This document shows positions 1 through 11,512 of a stretch of DNA of 64,000 nt, piece by piece. Origin of the DNA: Desulfuromonadaceae bacterium. Lineage in GTDB: Bacteria; Desulfobacterota; Desulfuromonadia; Geobacterales; Pseudopelobacteraceae. The DNA lies in assembly GCA_031970375.1 (NCBI GenBank), contig DALYIM010000001.1, forward strand, positions 29,003 to 93,002, written 5' to 3'. The notes beneath the pieces are model-generated. The model saw nothing but the letters and a program-made list of their open reading frames with translations. It made no database searches and was not told where the DNA came from. Each line of letters opens with the position of its first letter. Position 1 is the stretch's first letter. A program made the position numbers and the translations under genes.

Positions 1-555
1 CGGCTGATGGGGGTTGATGACGGCACAGGCATCAGGAACAGTGTCCCGGGGCGTGTGGTGGTCGGTGACGATCAGATCAGCGCCCAGATCCCGGCAGAGC
101 CGGGCCTCGTCAAACGAGACAATCCCGCAATCAACGGTAATGATCAGCGAAACGCCGCTTGTTACGATCCTGCGGATCGCCTCGCCGTTCAGCCCGTAGC
201 CATCGTCAAAACGGTTGGGGATAAAATAGGAGGCCATGATGCCGCAGTCAGCCAGAAAGGTTTTCAAAAGGGCCGTACTGGTCAGTCCGTCAACATCGTA
301 ATCCCCATAGATACAGACAGATTCGGCACTCTGCCGGGCCTGGCAGAGCCGTTCGACAGTCCGCTCCATCCCTTTCAGCAGAAAAGGATCGGGCATGGCC
401 GCCAGGGTCGGTCGCAAAAAATCGGCAATCTGGCCAGGATCGTCATATCCTCTGCCGGCCAGAATTCGGGCAAGGACCGGGTGCAACCCGGCTGAAGCGG
501 TCAGCGCAGAGGCCGCAGCCAGATCAGCCGGTGATTCGACCCATGCCTGAATCAT
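1..555 (-). CDS. recJ: Single-stranded-DNA-specific exonuclease RecJ, N-terminal part (3' end runs off the left edge)
   Basis: Not in the ORF track because there is no stop in the window. Manual minus-strand translation from ATG at 555 gives MIQAWVESPADL..LARILAGRGYDDPGQIADFLRPTLAAMPDPFLLKGMERTVERL..VCIYGDYDVDGLTSTALL..ITVDCGI..LIVTDHH, which are DHH-family motifs in RecJ order. The + ORF 7..495 is its antisense shadow. Confidence 0.8.
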   Translation of the reverse strand, partial: MIQAWVESPADLAAASALTASAGLHPVLARILAGRGYDDPGQIADFLRPTLAAMPDPFLLKGMERTVERLCQARQSAESVCIYGDYDVDGLTSTALLKTFLADCGIMASYFIPNRFDDGYGLNGEAIRRIVTSGVSLIITVDCGIVSFDEARLCRDLGADLIVTDHHTPRDTVPDACAVINPHQP

Positions 556-611
556 TGATTCAATACCCCTATCATCTGGGCTCGCCGCGACGAAACAATG
601 CAGCCCGGTTC

Positions 612-647
612 AAAAAAAATCCCCCGGCACTGTGCGGGGGGATTTTT
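612..647. terminator. Bidirectional intrinsic terminator between recJ start and the TPR gene end
   Basis: A8 run, GC stem TCCCCCG/CGGGGGA (620-626 / 635-642) with loop gcactgtg, then a T5 run. Read on the minus strand, the hairpin is followed by T8 directly after the TPR gene stop. Confidence 0.65.
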
Positions 648-656
648 CACATTCTG

Positions 657-1232
657 TCATTTCATTGCCGGCGGCATCCCCCCGCCGGACTGGCCGAGCA
701 TGCCGCGCACCTGGGCCGCATTGGCGCTGTTGGGATCAATCTGCAGATAGCGGTTTAGGTAGGGAGCAGCCTTGTCGGGCTGCTTCAGGTCAACGACATA
801 GACAATGCCGATATTGAAAAGGCTCTGCAGATGCTTCGAATCGAGTTTCTGAGCCTTCTCAAAATTAACCAGCGCCTTGTCGTACCAGCCGACTTTGCGG
901 TACATGACGCCCTGGTCTGTCAACACATTCGGGTTGGCCGGATCAATTTCCAGTGCCTTGCTGTAGGCATTGATCGATTTCTGGGGCTGTTCGGTGTCAA
1001 AATAATCATTGCCGAGTGAAATCCAGGCATTCAGGTTTTTCGGATCCTGGGCAACGATTTTTTCTGCTTCCGCGATCCGGCGTGCGTAATCGGTGGGTGA
1101 ACCGGCACCGGGTGTTATCGCCGGCTGCGCCTGCTGCACCTTATTGGCCGAACTGATGCTGAATACGAGATATCCCCCCAAAAGACCGACAACCAGGGCG
1201 ACCACAGCAACGAGAATTGATTCCTTTTTCAC
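657..1232 (-). CDS. TPR-repeat protein with N-terminal membrane anchor
   Basis: ORF 657..1364 trimmed to GTG 1232, which is preceded by AAGGAG; the longer form would overlap secF. It has one hydrophobic helix (ILVAVVALVVGLLGGYLVF) followed by TPR-like repeats (AWISLGNDYFD, AYSKALEIDPANPNVL, ALVNFEKAQKLD). Confidence 0.75.
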   Translation of the reverse strand: MKKESILVAVVALVVGLLGGYLVFSISSANKVQQAQPAITPGAGSPTDYARRIAEAEKIVAQDPKNLNAWISLGNDYFDTEQPQKSINAYSKALEIDPANPNVLTDQGVMYRKVGWYDKALVNFEKAQKLDSKHLQSLFNIGIVYVVDLKQPDKAAPYLNRYLQIDPNSANAAQVRGMLGQSGGGMPPAMK

Positions 1233-1266
1233 TGAAATACTCCTTACTATACCATTAATTCCAGGC

Positions 1267-2184
1267 TCATGCCTTGGGGGCTGCTGCCTGCTTGGCCATG
1301 GCCCGGTTCTCCAGCAGAACCACAATCGGGCTGGCAACGAAAATTGAAGAATAGGTGCCAACAAGCACGCCGATCAGCAGTGCGAACGAAAAATCGTGGA
1401 TTACCTCGCCGCCGAAGAAAAACAGCGATGCGGCCGCCAGAAAGACGGTCAGCGAGGTCACGATCGTACGGGAAAGGACTTCGTTGATGCTGTCGTTGAA
1501 AATCGTATTCAAAGCACCTTTCAGATTCTTGTGCAGGTTTTCCCTGATCCGGTCAAATACGACGACCGTATCGGTCAGCGAATAACCGGCAATGGTCAGA
1601 ACAGCAGTAATGAACAGCAGGTTGATTTCCTTGTGCATCAGGTAGAACACGGCAAACATCGCCAGGCAGTCATGGGCGGTCGCCAGGGTGGCACCGATGC
1701 CGAATTTGAAGTCAAAGCGCCAGGCGATGTACAAAATGATCCCGACCAGTGAAATGGCAACAGCGACCAGGGTATCCTTGCGCAGCTTGTCACCAATAGC
1801 AGGGCCGATTTCCGTATTGCTTTCAATCGTAAAGGAATTGCCGGCAAACTCGGCTTTAAACGCCTTCTGGACCATCTCCGATGATGTTCCGACCGTGGCT
1901 CCAGACATCTTAACCAGAAGTTTGTTGCCTTCCTTGATCTCCTGCAGGTCAGCCCGCGCGATCCCATGTTTGTGGAGTGCGGCCCGGGCATCAGCAATCG
2001 CAAACGGCTTGTCGAACTTGAGCTGCATGGCGGTTCCGCCCGAGAAATCAATACCCATGTTTGCGGTACCGCGCGCGATGCTGATGATACCGATAATACC
2101 GATAATCGATATGACAATCGAGATGGCAAAGGAGATTTTCTGCTTGCCGATGAAATCGATATTGGTTTTGCCAAGAAGTTCCAT
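1267..2184 (-). CDS. secF: Protein translocase subunit SecF
   Basis: 305 aa. SecF-like N-terminus (IDFIGKQKISFAISIV..GIDFSGGT) and a 6-TM core; it follows secD. Confidence 0.93.
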   Translation of the reverse strand: MELLGKTNIDFIGKQKISFAISIVISIIGIIGIISIARGTANMGIDFSGGTAMQLKFDKPFAIADARAALHKHGIARADLQEIKEGNKLLVKMSGATVGTSSEMVQKAFKAEFAGNSFTIESNTEIGPAIGDKLRKDTLVAVAISLVGIILYIAWRFDFKFGIGATLATAHDCLAMFAVFYLMHKEINLLFITAVLTIAGYSLTDTVVVFDRIRENLHKNLKGALNTIFNDSINEVLSRTIVTSLTVFLAAASLFFFGGEVIHDFSFALLIGVLVGTYSSIFVASPIVVLLENRAMAKQAAAPKA

Positions 2185-2200
2185 ATACCCGTTCTCCCTC

Positions 2201-3793
2201 TTATATGCTCATGTTCTTGATGGTCCCCTTGTGCAGGATCATGTCGAAGATCACCTTGGTGCCGATCAGTGACGTAAACAGGTTGATAATGATCCCCAGG
2301 CTCAGGGAAACGGCGAAGCCCTTGACCGGACCGGTTCCGAACTGGAACAGTACGGCGGCCGTAATCAGGGTGGTTACATGGGAATCCATGATCGTCATGA
2401 AGGCCTTGTCGTATCCGGCATTCAGGGCAGCCTTGGGGGACTTGCCAAGCTTGAGCTCCTCGCGGATTCGCTCAAAGATAATAACGTTTGAGTCAACCGA
2501 CATACCGATCAAAAGAACAATCGCGGCAATGCCCGGCAGCGTGAGGGTTGCGCCAAGGGCAGCCAGGGCCCCCATCAGGTAAATCACGTTCAGCACCATG
2601 CCCCAGTTGGCAACCAGTCCTGAAAGCTTGTAGTAAACCGACATGAATATGATCACCAGCACGACGCCGATCAGGCCGGCATAGAGGCCTTTGCTGATCG
2701 AGTCCTGCCCAAGGGACGGGCCGACGGTTACATTCTGGATGATCTTGACCGGAGCAGGCAGGGCGCCGGCACGCAGGACAATTGCCAGGTCGGCAGCGGT
2801 CTTCTCGGTGAAATTACCAGAAATTTGGGCACTTCCGCCTGAGATCCGCTCGCGGATGACCGGGGCGGAGTAGATGTTGTTATCGAGAACGATCGCAAAA
2901 CGTTTGCCCACATTGGCTGCGGTTACCTGATCGAAGAGCTTGGCGCCGAGGGAATTGAACTCGATGGCAACGTAGGGCTGATTGAACTGCGAGTCGATGC
3001 GTACTTGGGCATCGGTCAACAGGTCACCGGTGATCATTGCTTTTTTCTGTAGCACGAACGGTACTTCCGATACCGCTCCGGTGGTCTGGTCGGTTGTCTT
3101 TTCCTTGAGCAGTTCAGCATCATCCGGAATAACCGCCGATGAGGGAGGGACGTCCTCGCGCACCAGCTTGAACTCCAGACGGGCGGTCTTACCGATCAGG
3201 TCAATCGCCCGCTGGGGGTCTTTGATACCGGGTAGCTGGACAACAATATGGTTGATTCCCTCACGCTGGATTACCGGCTCTGAGACCCCAAACTGGTCAA
3301 TCCGGTTACGGATTGTTTCAAGGGCCTGCTGAACAGCCTTATCCTTGCGATCCTGGGCATCCTTCTCGTTGATTTTGAGAGTTGTGCCGATAAATCCGCC
3401 CTCATCGACAGCCGGCGTCTGCTCATAGCCAGGGTATTTGTCCTTGAGCAGCTTCTGCACTGCATCCGCAGTACCCCGCTCATAGAACAGAAGCGACACC
3501 TTATCCGAGCCGACCCTCTGGATCCGCTTAAATCGGAGGGTCTTGGCGTTGAGGGTGTCCTCCAGATCCGTGGCCACAAGGTCAAGGGTCCCTTCCAGGG
3601 CCTTCTGGGTATCAACCTCAAGCACCAGATGGGTTCCCCCCTGAAGGTCAAGGCCGAGGTGAATCTTGTCTTTGGGCAGGGCTCCCTTCCACCACGATGG
3701 TAGTGTCGTGACCAACGTGGGGGTTAGGTAAAGAAAAGACAGCAGTATCAATATGCCTATCAGGCTGATTCGCCAGCCGGTTCCGTGCGGCAT
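2201..3793 (-). CDS. secD: Protein translocase subunit SecD
   Basis: 530 aa. LGLDLQGGTHLVLEV motif, a large periplasmic domain and a C-terminal RND-like TM bundle; sits in yajC-secD-secF order. Confidence 0.93.
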   Translation of the reverse strand: MPHGTGWRISLIGILILLSFLYLTPTLVTTLPSWWKGALPKDKIHLGLDLQGGTHLVLEVDTQKALEGTLDLVATDLEDTLNAKTLRFKRIQRVGSDKVSLLFYERGTADAVQKLLKDKYPGYEQTPAVDEGGFIGTTLKINEKDAQDRKDKAVQQALETIRNRIDQFGVSEPVIQREGINHIVVQLPGIKDPQRAIDLIGKTARLEFKLVREDVPPSSAVIPDDAELLKEKTTDQTTGAVSEVPFVLQKKAMITGDLLTDAQVRIDSQFNQPYVAIEFNSLGAKLFDQVTAANVGKRFAIVLDNNIYSAPVIRERISGGSAQISGNFTEKTAADLAIVLRAGALPAPVKIIQNVTVGPSLGQDSISKGLYAGLIGVVLVIIFMSVYYKLSGLVANWGMVLNVIYLMGALAALGATLTLPGIAAIVLLIGMSVDSNVIIFERIREELKLGKSPKAALNAGYDKAFMTIMDSHVTTLITAAVLFQFGTGPVKGFAVSLSLGIIINLFTSLIGTKVIFDMILHKGTIKNMSI

Positions 3794-3822
3794 GGGGCAG
3801 GTTCTCCCTTCGGTAGCTGTTT

Positions 3823-4149
3823 CTAGTCCTTCTTGATTGATGCAATATAACTCTTGGTAATTTTGATATTCACGCCGGTGGCGATCTCAACGGTTGCAAC
3901 CGTATCATCAACTGCAGTGACCTTACCGTGCACTCCGCCGGCTGTGATGATGCTGTCACCTTTCTTAAGCGCATCCAGCAGTGCCTTGTGCTCCTTGGCT
4001 TTTTTCTGCTGCGGTCTGATCAGCAGAAAATAGAAAATTGCAAACATGAATACCAGCGGGATGATCTGCGAAAACGCCGCCATTCCGCCGCTGGCCTGCC
4101 CTGCTGCCCCTCCCGGGGGACCTGCCATTGCAAACGCTACTCCCAACAT
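3823..4149 (-). CDS. yajC: Preprotein translocase subunit YajC
   Basis: 108 aa. Single TM helix followed by LLIRPQQKKAKEH..L.KGD.I.T.GG..G.V, the YajC signature; sits upstream of secD. Confidence 0.9.
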   Translation of the reverse strand: MLGVAFAMAGPPGGAAGQASGGMAAFSQIIPLVFMFAIFYFLLIRPQQKKAKEHKALLDALKKGDSIITAGGVHGKVTAVDDTVATVEIATGVNIKITKSYIASIKKD

Positions 4150-4169
4150 GTGTTTCTCCTCTCGTATGT

Positions 4170-6325
<2,156 letters not shown>

Positions 6326-6327
6326 TG

Positions 6328-7470
6328 CTACCGCTGTTCACCCGCCGGCCGGAAAAGTACCGTGCCGGGATAATAGTAAGAAAGGATCTCGGCATAGCTG
6401 AAACCCTCAAGGGCGCGCTGTTTGGCGCCCCATTGACAGAGGCCGACCCCGTGGCCGTTGCCGGTCCCGCTGAACATGACATCACCATTGGCGGCTCGGA
6501 CTGAAAAATTGGTGCTCTTGATCACCCCGTAGCCGACCGCCTTGCGGAACTGATCGCCGGTGAGCGCCAGTTCACTGCGCGGCATGACCATCACGACATG
6601 CTTCAGCCGGCCGCGACTGTTACGGGCACCGCCCCTGATGTCAGTAATGCCGGAAACCCGATGACCAGCCGCCTTCAGCTTATCTTCAATCTCGCGCAGC
6701 GTCAGCTTCTGTTCCCAGTGTGTCGAGGGAGAGTTTAAGCAGTACTGGCAGTCAACACCCTTCAGATAGGGAAGCGCCATACCCCAGACATGCTCCGATG
6801 CTTCCGTTCTACCGCCGCAGTTGGAATGATAGAACGCCTGGATTACAGCACCACCGTGGGTCAGCACTTCCCCGGCAGTTTCACTGACTCCGCGGCGCGC
6901 CCGGCTGTCTTCAATGGCACAACCATCATAGACCTGATCAATCACCGAAGATTCAAGGTGATAAGAAGCGGTGCGGCGGGCATCCCGGCGGTTGATGGCA
7001 TAGGTCCGGGCAATCACTGCCTGGGCCTTTACCGCTTCGATCGGCCAGGCTGAAGAGATTTCACAGTTGATCAAGCCGACCAGGTAATCCTCAAGGGCCA
7101 GGTCGTTGATGACCAGAAGCCCTTTTTCACCGGCCTGAACTTCGGCCAGACCGCGATAGGGCTTGCCATTGACATACACCGCCGACGAGGCTGAAAACGT
7201 CAAACGGCTGCTGACTATGCCATCAACAGTAATCCCATCGCGAACATACCGGACCGTAACCGGCGGAGAAAGCGGCAGCGGATTGCCGTTGTCCCGGAGC
7301 GCGAGCAGCCCCTCTCCATCAATCGTCACTGAAGGCACACCTTTAACCAGTGCGACGCGAATCCGGTCATCGGGAAGCACGGCACCGCTGATCATGCCGA
7401 CCCTTACCAGCAGAAAGAGACCGCAGACAATGGCGCATAGCGGTACTATGTAACGGGATTTCAGATGCAA
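6328..7470 (-). CDS. SpoIID/LytB-domain protein (secreted)
   Basis: 380 aa with a signal-like N-terminus. SpoIID-type motifs EDYL.G....E, QA.IARTYA, ..YHS.CGG.TE and GHGVGL.Q.GA. The start codon is TTG. Confidence 0.85.
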   Translation of the reverse strand: MHLKSRYIVPLCAIVCGLFLLVRVGMISGAVLPDDRIRVALVKGVPSVTIDGEGLLALRDNGNPLPLSPPVTVRYVRDGITVDGIVSSRLTFSASSAVYVNGKPYRGLAEVQAGEKGLLVINDLALEDYLVGLINCEISSAWPIEAVKAQAVIARTYAINRRDARRTASYHLESSVIDQVYDGCAIEDSRARRGVSETAGEVLTHGGAVIQAFYHSNCGGRTEASEHVWGMALPYLKGVDCQYCLNSPSTHWEQKLTLREIEDKLKAAGHRVSGITDIRGGARNSRGRLKHVVMVMPRSELALTGDQFRKAVGYGVIKSTNFSVRAANGDVMFSGTGNGHGVGLCQWGAKQRALEGFSYAEILSYYYPGTVLFRPAGEQR

Positions 7471-7479
7471 AACTTGACG

Positions 7480-7509
7480 ATAAAACCATAAAACCCGTCA
7501 AACTGTCAA
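7480..7509 (-). promoter_or_regulatory. Possible sigma70 promoter upstream of the SpoIID-like gene
   Basis: The minus strand reads TTGACA (7509-7504), an 18 nt spacer, then TTTTAT (7485-7480). This lies only about 7 nt from the TTG start, so it is doubtful. Confidence 0.25.
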
Positions 7510-7536
7510 TTTGTTTCGAAGCCAGAGACAGGCGGA

Positions 7537-7677
7537 TCAGTCATCGTCAAGCATGCGGTGCTTGGGTTTTTCGACATCATCGAATTCACCGCGGCGCACG
7601 GCCCAGATGAATATTAACCAGCAGCCGGCGCCAAGGCAGAGTGAGAGGACGATCAATAGCAGCGTTGATTCATCCAT
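7537..7677 (-). CDS. ccoS: cbb3-type oxidase maturation protein CcoS/FixS (46 aa)
   Basis: Below the track size cutoff. Manual translation gives MDESTLLLIVLSLCLGAGCWLIFIWAVRRGEFDDVEKPKHRMLDDD: one TM helix plus the W-A-x-(K/R)-x-G-(Q/E)-F-DD tail typical of CcoS. Its ATG overlaps the ccoI stop (ATGGATGA). Confidence 0.75.
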   Translation of the reverse strand: MDESTLLLIVLSLCLGAGCWLIFIWAVRRGEFDDVEKPKHRMLDDD

Positions 7678-10099
7678 GGTGCCCACCTTTCATAAGCCGG
7701 AGCGAATTGCATGAAACCATCAATGAGCTGACGGTCATGGCCCCAGCAGCGTAAACCGGAGTCACAACGCCTGCCAGAGCCAGTGGTATGCCAATCAGAT
7801 TGTAGAAAAATGACCATGCCAGATTCTGCCGGATTACCCCCATGGCCCGTCTTGAAAGCAGGAGCGTATCAAACAGTCCGGCCAGAGCCTGTTCGGGAAC
7901 AATCAGATCGGCCTGCTCCAGGGCACTGTCACTTGAACCCTGGATCGAACAGCTGACAAGCGATGCGGCAAGGGAGGGGGTGTCGTTAACACCGTCACCG
8001 ACCATCAGTACACGATGGCCCTGACGATGTAATTCGTTGACCCGCTCAAGCTTCATGGATGGCGTCATTCCGCCTGCAGCCGCGGCAATTCCAAGTTCGC
8101 GGGCCAGACGGCTCACAACTGGGGGGGCATCACCGCTGACAATTTCGAGTGCTAGGCCGGTTGCGGCAAGTCCGCTCACCATAGCAGCGGCACCGCTGCG
8201 AAGCCGGTCGGAAACGAGAAACCAGCCGGCAAGCCGACCACCGACAGCAACCGCAAGCAGGCTTTCTGAATCATCGCGATAATGGGACAGGGGGGATGTG
8301 TCTATACCCCGTTCCTCCATCATGGCCGGACTGCCGCAGAGGCATTCGATTCCTGACGGGAGCCGTCCTGCGACCCCCCGGCCGGGAAACGATCGGAAGT
8401 CACTGCACAATTGAGGCAGAATCCCCCGTTCAGCAGCATACTGGACCAGCGCACCAGCCACCGGATGGGACGAAAGCGATTCAACCGTTGCAACCGCCTC
8501 AAGGAGTTGATCCTGCGGAAAATCACCCACCCACCCCCACAATGTCACTGCCGGGCGACCTTCGGTCAGTGTGCCGGTTTTATCAAGCAGCACCGTATCA
8601 ACACCGGACAGACGTTCAATTACATCCCCTCCCCTGATCAGCACGCCGCTGGCAGCAGCCCTGCTGCAGGCAGCCAGGACAGCGGTCGGGACTGCCAGTC
8701 CCAGAGCACAGGGGCAGGCGATCAGGACAACGGCCAGACCGGTCATAACCGCGGCGGAAATGGTCGTGGCGCTCACCAGCCAGAGCCAGCAGAAAACAGC
8801 AACCCCGAGCGTTATCACCGACGGAACAAACCGCGAAGAGATACGGTCAGCCACCCGCTGGACTTCAGGCCGTGAAGCCTGGGCTGTCCGTACCATTTCA
8901 GCCACCCGCATGGGGTAACTCAAACCGGCCGGACGAAGTGCCTCACCCCGTACCGGCACAAGCAGGTTGACGCTGCCCGCCCGCAGTTCGCTCCCGGGGC
9001 CTACCATAACCGGTACGCTTTCACCGCTGACCAATGCCTGATCAATTTCGGTTTCCCCTTCGGTAATCAGCATATCCACCGGGACCCGCTCCCCCTGACG
9101 CACCAGCAGCGCCTGCCCCGCCCTGACCAGGGAAGCATCAACCTCGCGGGGGATTTCACCTTCCAAAATCGTCGCCTTCTGCGGCACTGCGGCATAGAGT
9201 GCCTCAACCCCCTCCAGAGCCCTGCGGCGGACCGCCTGCTCCAGCAGACGCCCGATCAGCACAAAAGCCACGATCATGGCGGCGCTTTCAAAATAGGTCT
9301 CTGCTCCGGCCAGCAGAGCAGCACCACTGTACAACCAGGCCGACCCAGCCCCAACTACGATCAGAAGGTCCATCCCCGGCTGCCTGCTGCGGATCCCCTG
9401 CCAGGCCCCCTTCCAGAATGGCCAGCCACAGTAGAAAACCACCGGCGTTGAAACCGCCAGTGAAAAATACTGCAGCACCGAGTGCATAAATGGCGACATC
9501 CCCTGAAAATAGCCTGCATACAAACCAAACGAGTAGGCCATAAGCTGCATGGTCAGAAACAGGCCGGTACCGCACCTGACCAGCAGATCCATGCGCTGCT
9601 CACGGGCCTCCTTTTCAGAACTGTCTGGAGAATAGGGGCGGGGACGGTAACCGAGCCGGGCAATTTCGGCAGCAATCTGCGACGGCCCGATCGCCTCCGG
9701 ATTAAATTTTACCGAAGCAGAAGCACTGCTGTACGACAACGAGACCGAATCAACACCGTCAATCCTCCCGATAACCCGCTCCAGCAGCCACTGGCACGAC
9801 GGGCAGCTGATTCCGCCGATCAGAAAATCAATCCGGCAGACATCATCGCACGGTATCAGATACGGTGCCAGTTCAGCATCATCTGGAATTGCCGGCAGCT
9901 GATCATCGACTGTCGGGGTTATGCGGCCACCCCGCTGGTAATAACCGTCCAGACCGGCACCTGTAATGATGCGATAGGCGCCACGACAGCCACGGCAGCA
10001 GAACGGAGCCCCGGCGTGTTCCCCATGATCTTCAACGACCGGAGACCGCGAAAAGCGAATACCGCAATGGGTGCAAACCCGCGCTTCACCATTGTTCAT
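7670..10099 (-). CDS. ccoI: Copper-translocating P1B-type ATPase, CcoI/FixI type
   Basis: 809 aa. N-terminal Cys-rich CTHCG..FCCRGCRGAY domain, HMA domain (GISCPSCQ), CPC motif (ACPCALG), DKTGTLT and GDGVND. Confidence 0.9.
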   Translation of the reverse strand: MNNGEARVCTHCGIRFSRSPVVEDHGEHAGAPFCCRGCRGAYRIITGAGLDGYYQRGGRITPTVDDQLPAIPDDAELAPYLIPCDDVCRIDFLIGGISCPSCQWLLERVIGRIDGVDSVSLSYSSASASVKFNPEAIGPSQIAAEIARLGYRPRPYSPDSSEKEAREQRMDLLVRCGTGLFLTMQLMAYSFGLYAGYFQGMSPFMHSVLQYFSLAVSTPVVFYCGWPFWKGAWQGIRSRQPGMDLLIVVGAGSAWLYSGAALLAGAETYFESAAMIVAFVLIGRLLEQAVRRRALEGVEALYAAVPQKATILEGEIPREVDASLVRAGQALLVRQGERVPVDMLITEGETEIDQALVSGESVPVMVGPGSELRAGSVNLLVPVRGEALRPAGLSYPMRVAEMVRTAQASRPEVQRVADRISSRFVPSVITLGVAVFCWLWLVSATTISAAVMTGLAVVLIACPCALGLAVPTAVLAACSRAAASGVLIRGGDVIERLSGVDTVLLDKTGTLTEGRPAVTLWGWVGDFPQDQLLEAVATVESLSSHPVAGALVQYAAERGILPQLCSDFRSFPGRGVAGRLPSGIECLCGSPAMMEERGIDTSPLSHYRDDSESLLAVAVGGRLAGWFLVSDRLRSGAAAMVSGLAATGLALEIVSGDAPPVVSRLARELGIAAAAGGMTPSMKLERVNELHRQGHRVLMVGDGVNDTPSLAASLVSCSIQGSSDSALEQADLIVPEQALAGLFDTLLLSRRAMGVIRQNLAWSFFYNLIGIPLALAGVVTPVYAAGAMTVSSLMVSCNSLRLMKGGHHG

Positions 10100-11301
10100 G
10101 GGACGACCTGCTCGACCTGCAAAACGGTGCCCAGTCCGGTGACCAAGCTGAGCCGAATCGAAGTGTTGTCCGGAAAGCCAGCCGGCCGATGGATGAAAAA
10201 ATCGATCCGGCGACCAGCATTTGCCGGAATACGGATATGGGATACCGGGCCAAGCAGTTGAACACCCCGATCAGCCTCAATCCTGAAATCCGCTGCTTGT
10301 GGAGCGCGGTTTTCAATAATCGCGCTCCAGGGGACCACCACCGACCGGTCCGGCAATTCACGAACGTCTGCCAGAGAATTACGCAGAACGACCATACTGG
10401 CCGACCGCCGGTTTCCGGCCTGCCAGACCAGCGCTGCCAGCAACAGCACCGCACCACACGCGAGCACCAGTGTGCGCCGGCCGATTCTGTATCCGCCTGC
10501 ATCTCCGAAACGATAGGAGATCAGCCCGCCCTGCGGGTCGTTGCGGGCTTCCATGACCTGCCGGCACGCATCAATACAACTGCCGCAATTGATGCACTCG
10601 ATCTGAAACCCTTTCCGTATATCAATTCCCATCGGGCAGGTCTGCAGACACTGACCGCAGCGGACACACCGGTGCCTCTCCTGCTCGACAAATGCCAGGT
10701 TCAGGGTGGACTGATCGGTCAGGGCTGCCTGGAACCGCCCGTAGGGGCAATAGGATCGGCAGAAATCACGACCAACAAGAATCATGTCGAGATAGGCAAT
10801 GAAAAACAATATGGCAGCAGCGCTCCATACAACCGGGGTGCTGCGGGGGGAAAGAATAATCTGGAATACCTCGGCCGGCGGCATGAACCACAAGAGCAGC
10901 GCCAAGGACATCAGCAGGGCAACGGAAATCGCAACCAGATTGACTGTGGCCTGAACAACAATATTCGAAGGTATCCGGGATGCACTCCATCTGCGGGCAC
11001 TCTCGATCAGGTCATTTACCAGGGATTGGGGACAGAACCAGCCGCACCAGACACGTCCGAGGACAACCGTAATAAGAAAAAAAAGAACTAGTAGCAGCAG
11101 AACAGACAAGAGCAGAATGAATAATTCGTCGACCCGCAGCGGCACACCTGCCAGAAACATGGTGTGGGCCGGGACATCGATCCGAAACAGTGGTGAGCCG
11201 TGGACCGACAGAAACGGAAGAGCCAGAAACAACACAAGCAGCACTGCCTGCAGCATCTGCCGGCGATGTCGAATCGAAATCTGATTCATACAAAATAACA
11301 T
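10096..11301 (-). CDS. ccoG: CcoG/FixG-type 4Fe-4S membrane protein (cupric reductase family)
   Basis: 401 aa. Contains VWCGWFCPQ and two ferredoxin motifs (CVRCGQCLQTCP, CINCGSCIDAC); overlaps ccoI by 4 nt. An alternative start is M5 at 11289. Confidence 0.85.
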   Translation of the reverse strand: MLFCMNQISIRHRRQMLQAVLLVLFLALPFLSVHGSPLFRIDVPAHTMFLAGVPLRVDELFILLLSVLLLLVLFFLITVVLGRVWCGWFCPQSLVNDLIESARRWSASRIPSNIVVQATVNLVAISVALLMSLALLLWFMPPAEVFQIILSPRSTPVVWSAAAILFFIAYLDMILVGRDFCRSYCPYGRFQAALTDQSTLNLAFVEQERHRCVRCGQCLQTCPMGIDIRKGFQIECINCGSCIDACRQVMEARNDPQGGLISYRFGDAGGYRIGRRTLVLACGAVLLLAALVWQAGNRRSASMVVLRNSLADVRELPDRSVVVPWSAIIENRAPQAADFRIEADRGVQLLGPVSHIRIPANAGRRIDFFIHRPAGFPDNTSIRLSLVTGLGTVLQVEQVVP

Positions 11302-11352
11302 ATATATTTTTCAGTATATGTGATAGAAAAAAAGGGAAAGGAGAGTAATGTC

Positions 11353-11442
11353 ATGAAAGATATCCTGCTGATGCTGGCTGTCATTGCGGCCTGGTTCATA
11401 ATGAACCGTTACATTCTACCCAAAATGGGTGTCCAGACCTGA
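11353..11442 (+). CDS. Small hydrophobic peptide (29 aa) ending at TGA; possibly a 53-aa selenoprotein extending to TAA 11514
   Basis: Not in the track. AGGAGAG sits 7 nt upstream of the ATG. The product is MKDILLMLAVIAAWFIMNRYILPKMGVQT (one TM helix). The frame stays open after TGA (U-MSPACSPGSREHSSTQSPHEPQQ) up to TAA 11512-11514, which abuts a terminator. Confidence 0.45.
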   Translation: MKDILLMLAVIAAWFIMNRYILPKMGVQT

Positions 11443-11480
11443 ATGTCGCCTGCCTGTTCCCCCGGGTCGCGGGAACATTC
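11440..11480 (+). other. SECIS-like stem-loop immediately 3' of the TGA
   Basis: A 12-nt spacer after TGA is followed by the stem TGTTCCC (11455-61) / GGGAACA (11471-77). The loop CCGGGTCGC contains GGTC. The lower pairing GAA (11441-43) / TTC (11478-80) places the UGA at the hairpin base. Confidence 0.35.
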
Positions 11481-11512
11481 ATCCACACAATCGCCTCACG
11501 AACCACAACAGT

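Noticed and set aside
7-495. 162-aa + ORF at the left edge
   Set aside because: The minus strand of the same interval translates into a clear RecJ N-terminus (DHH motifs), so the + ORF is its shadow.
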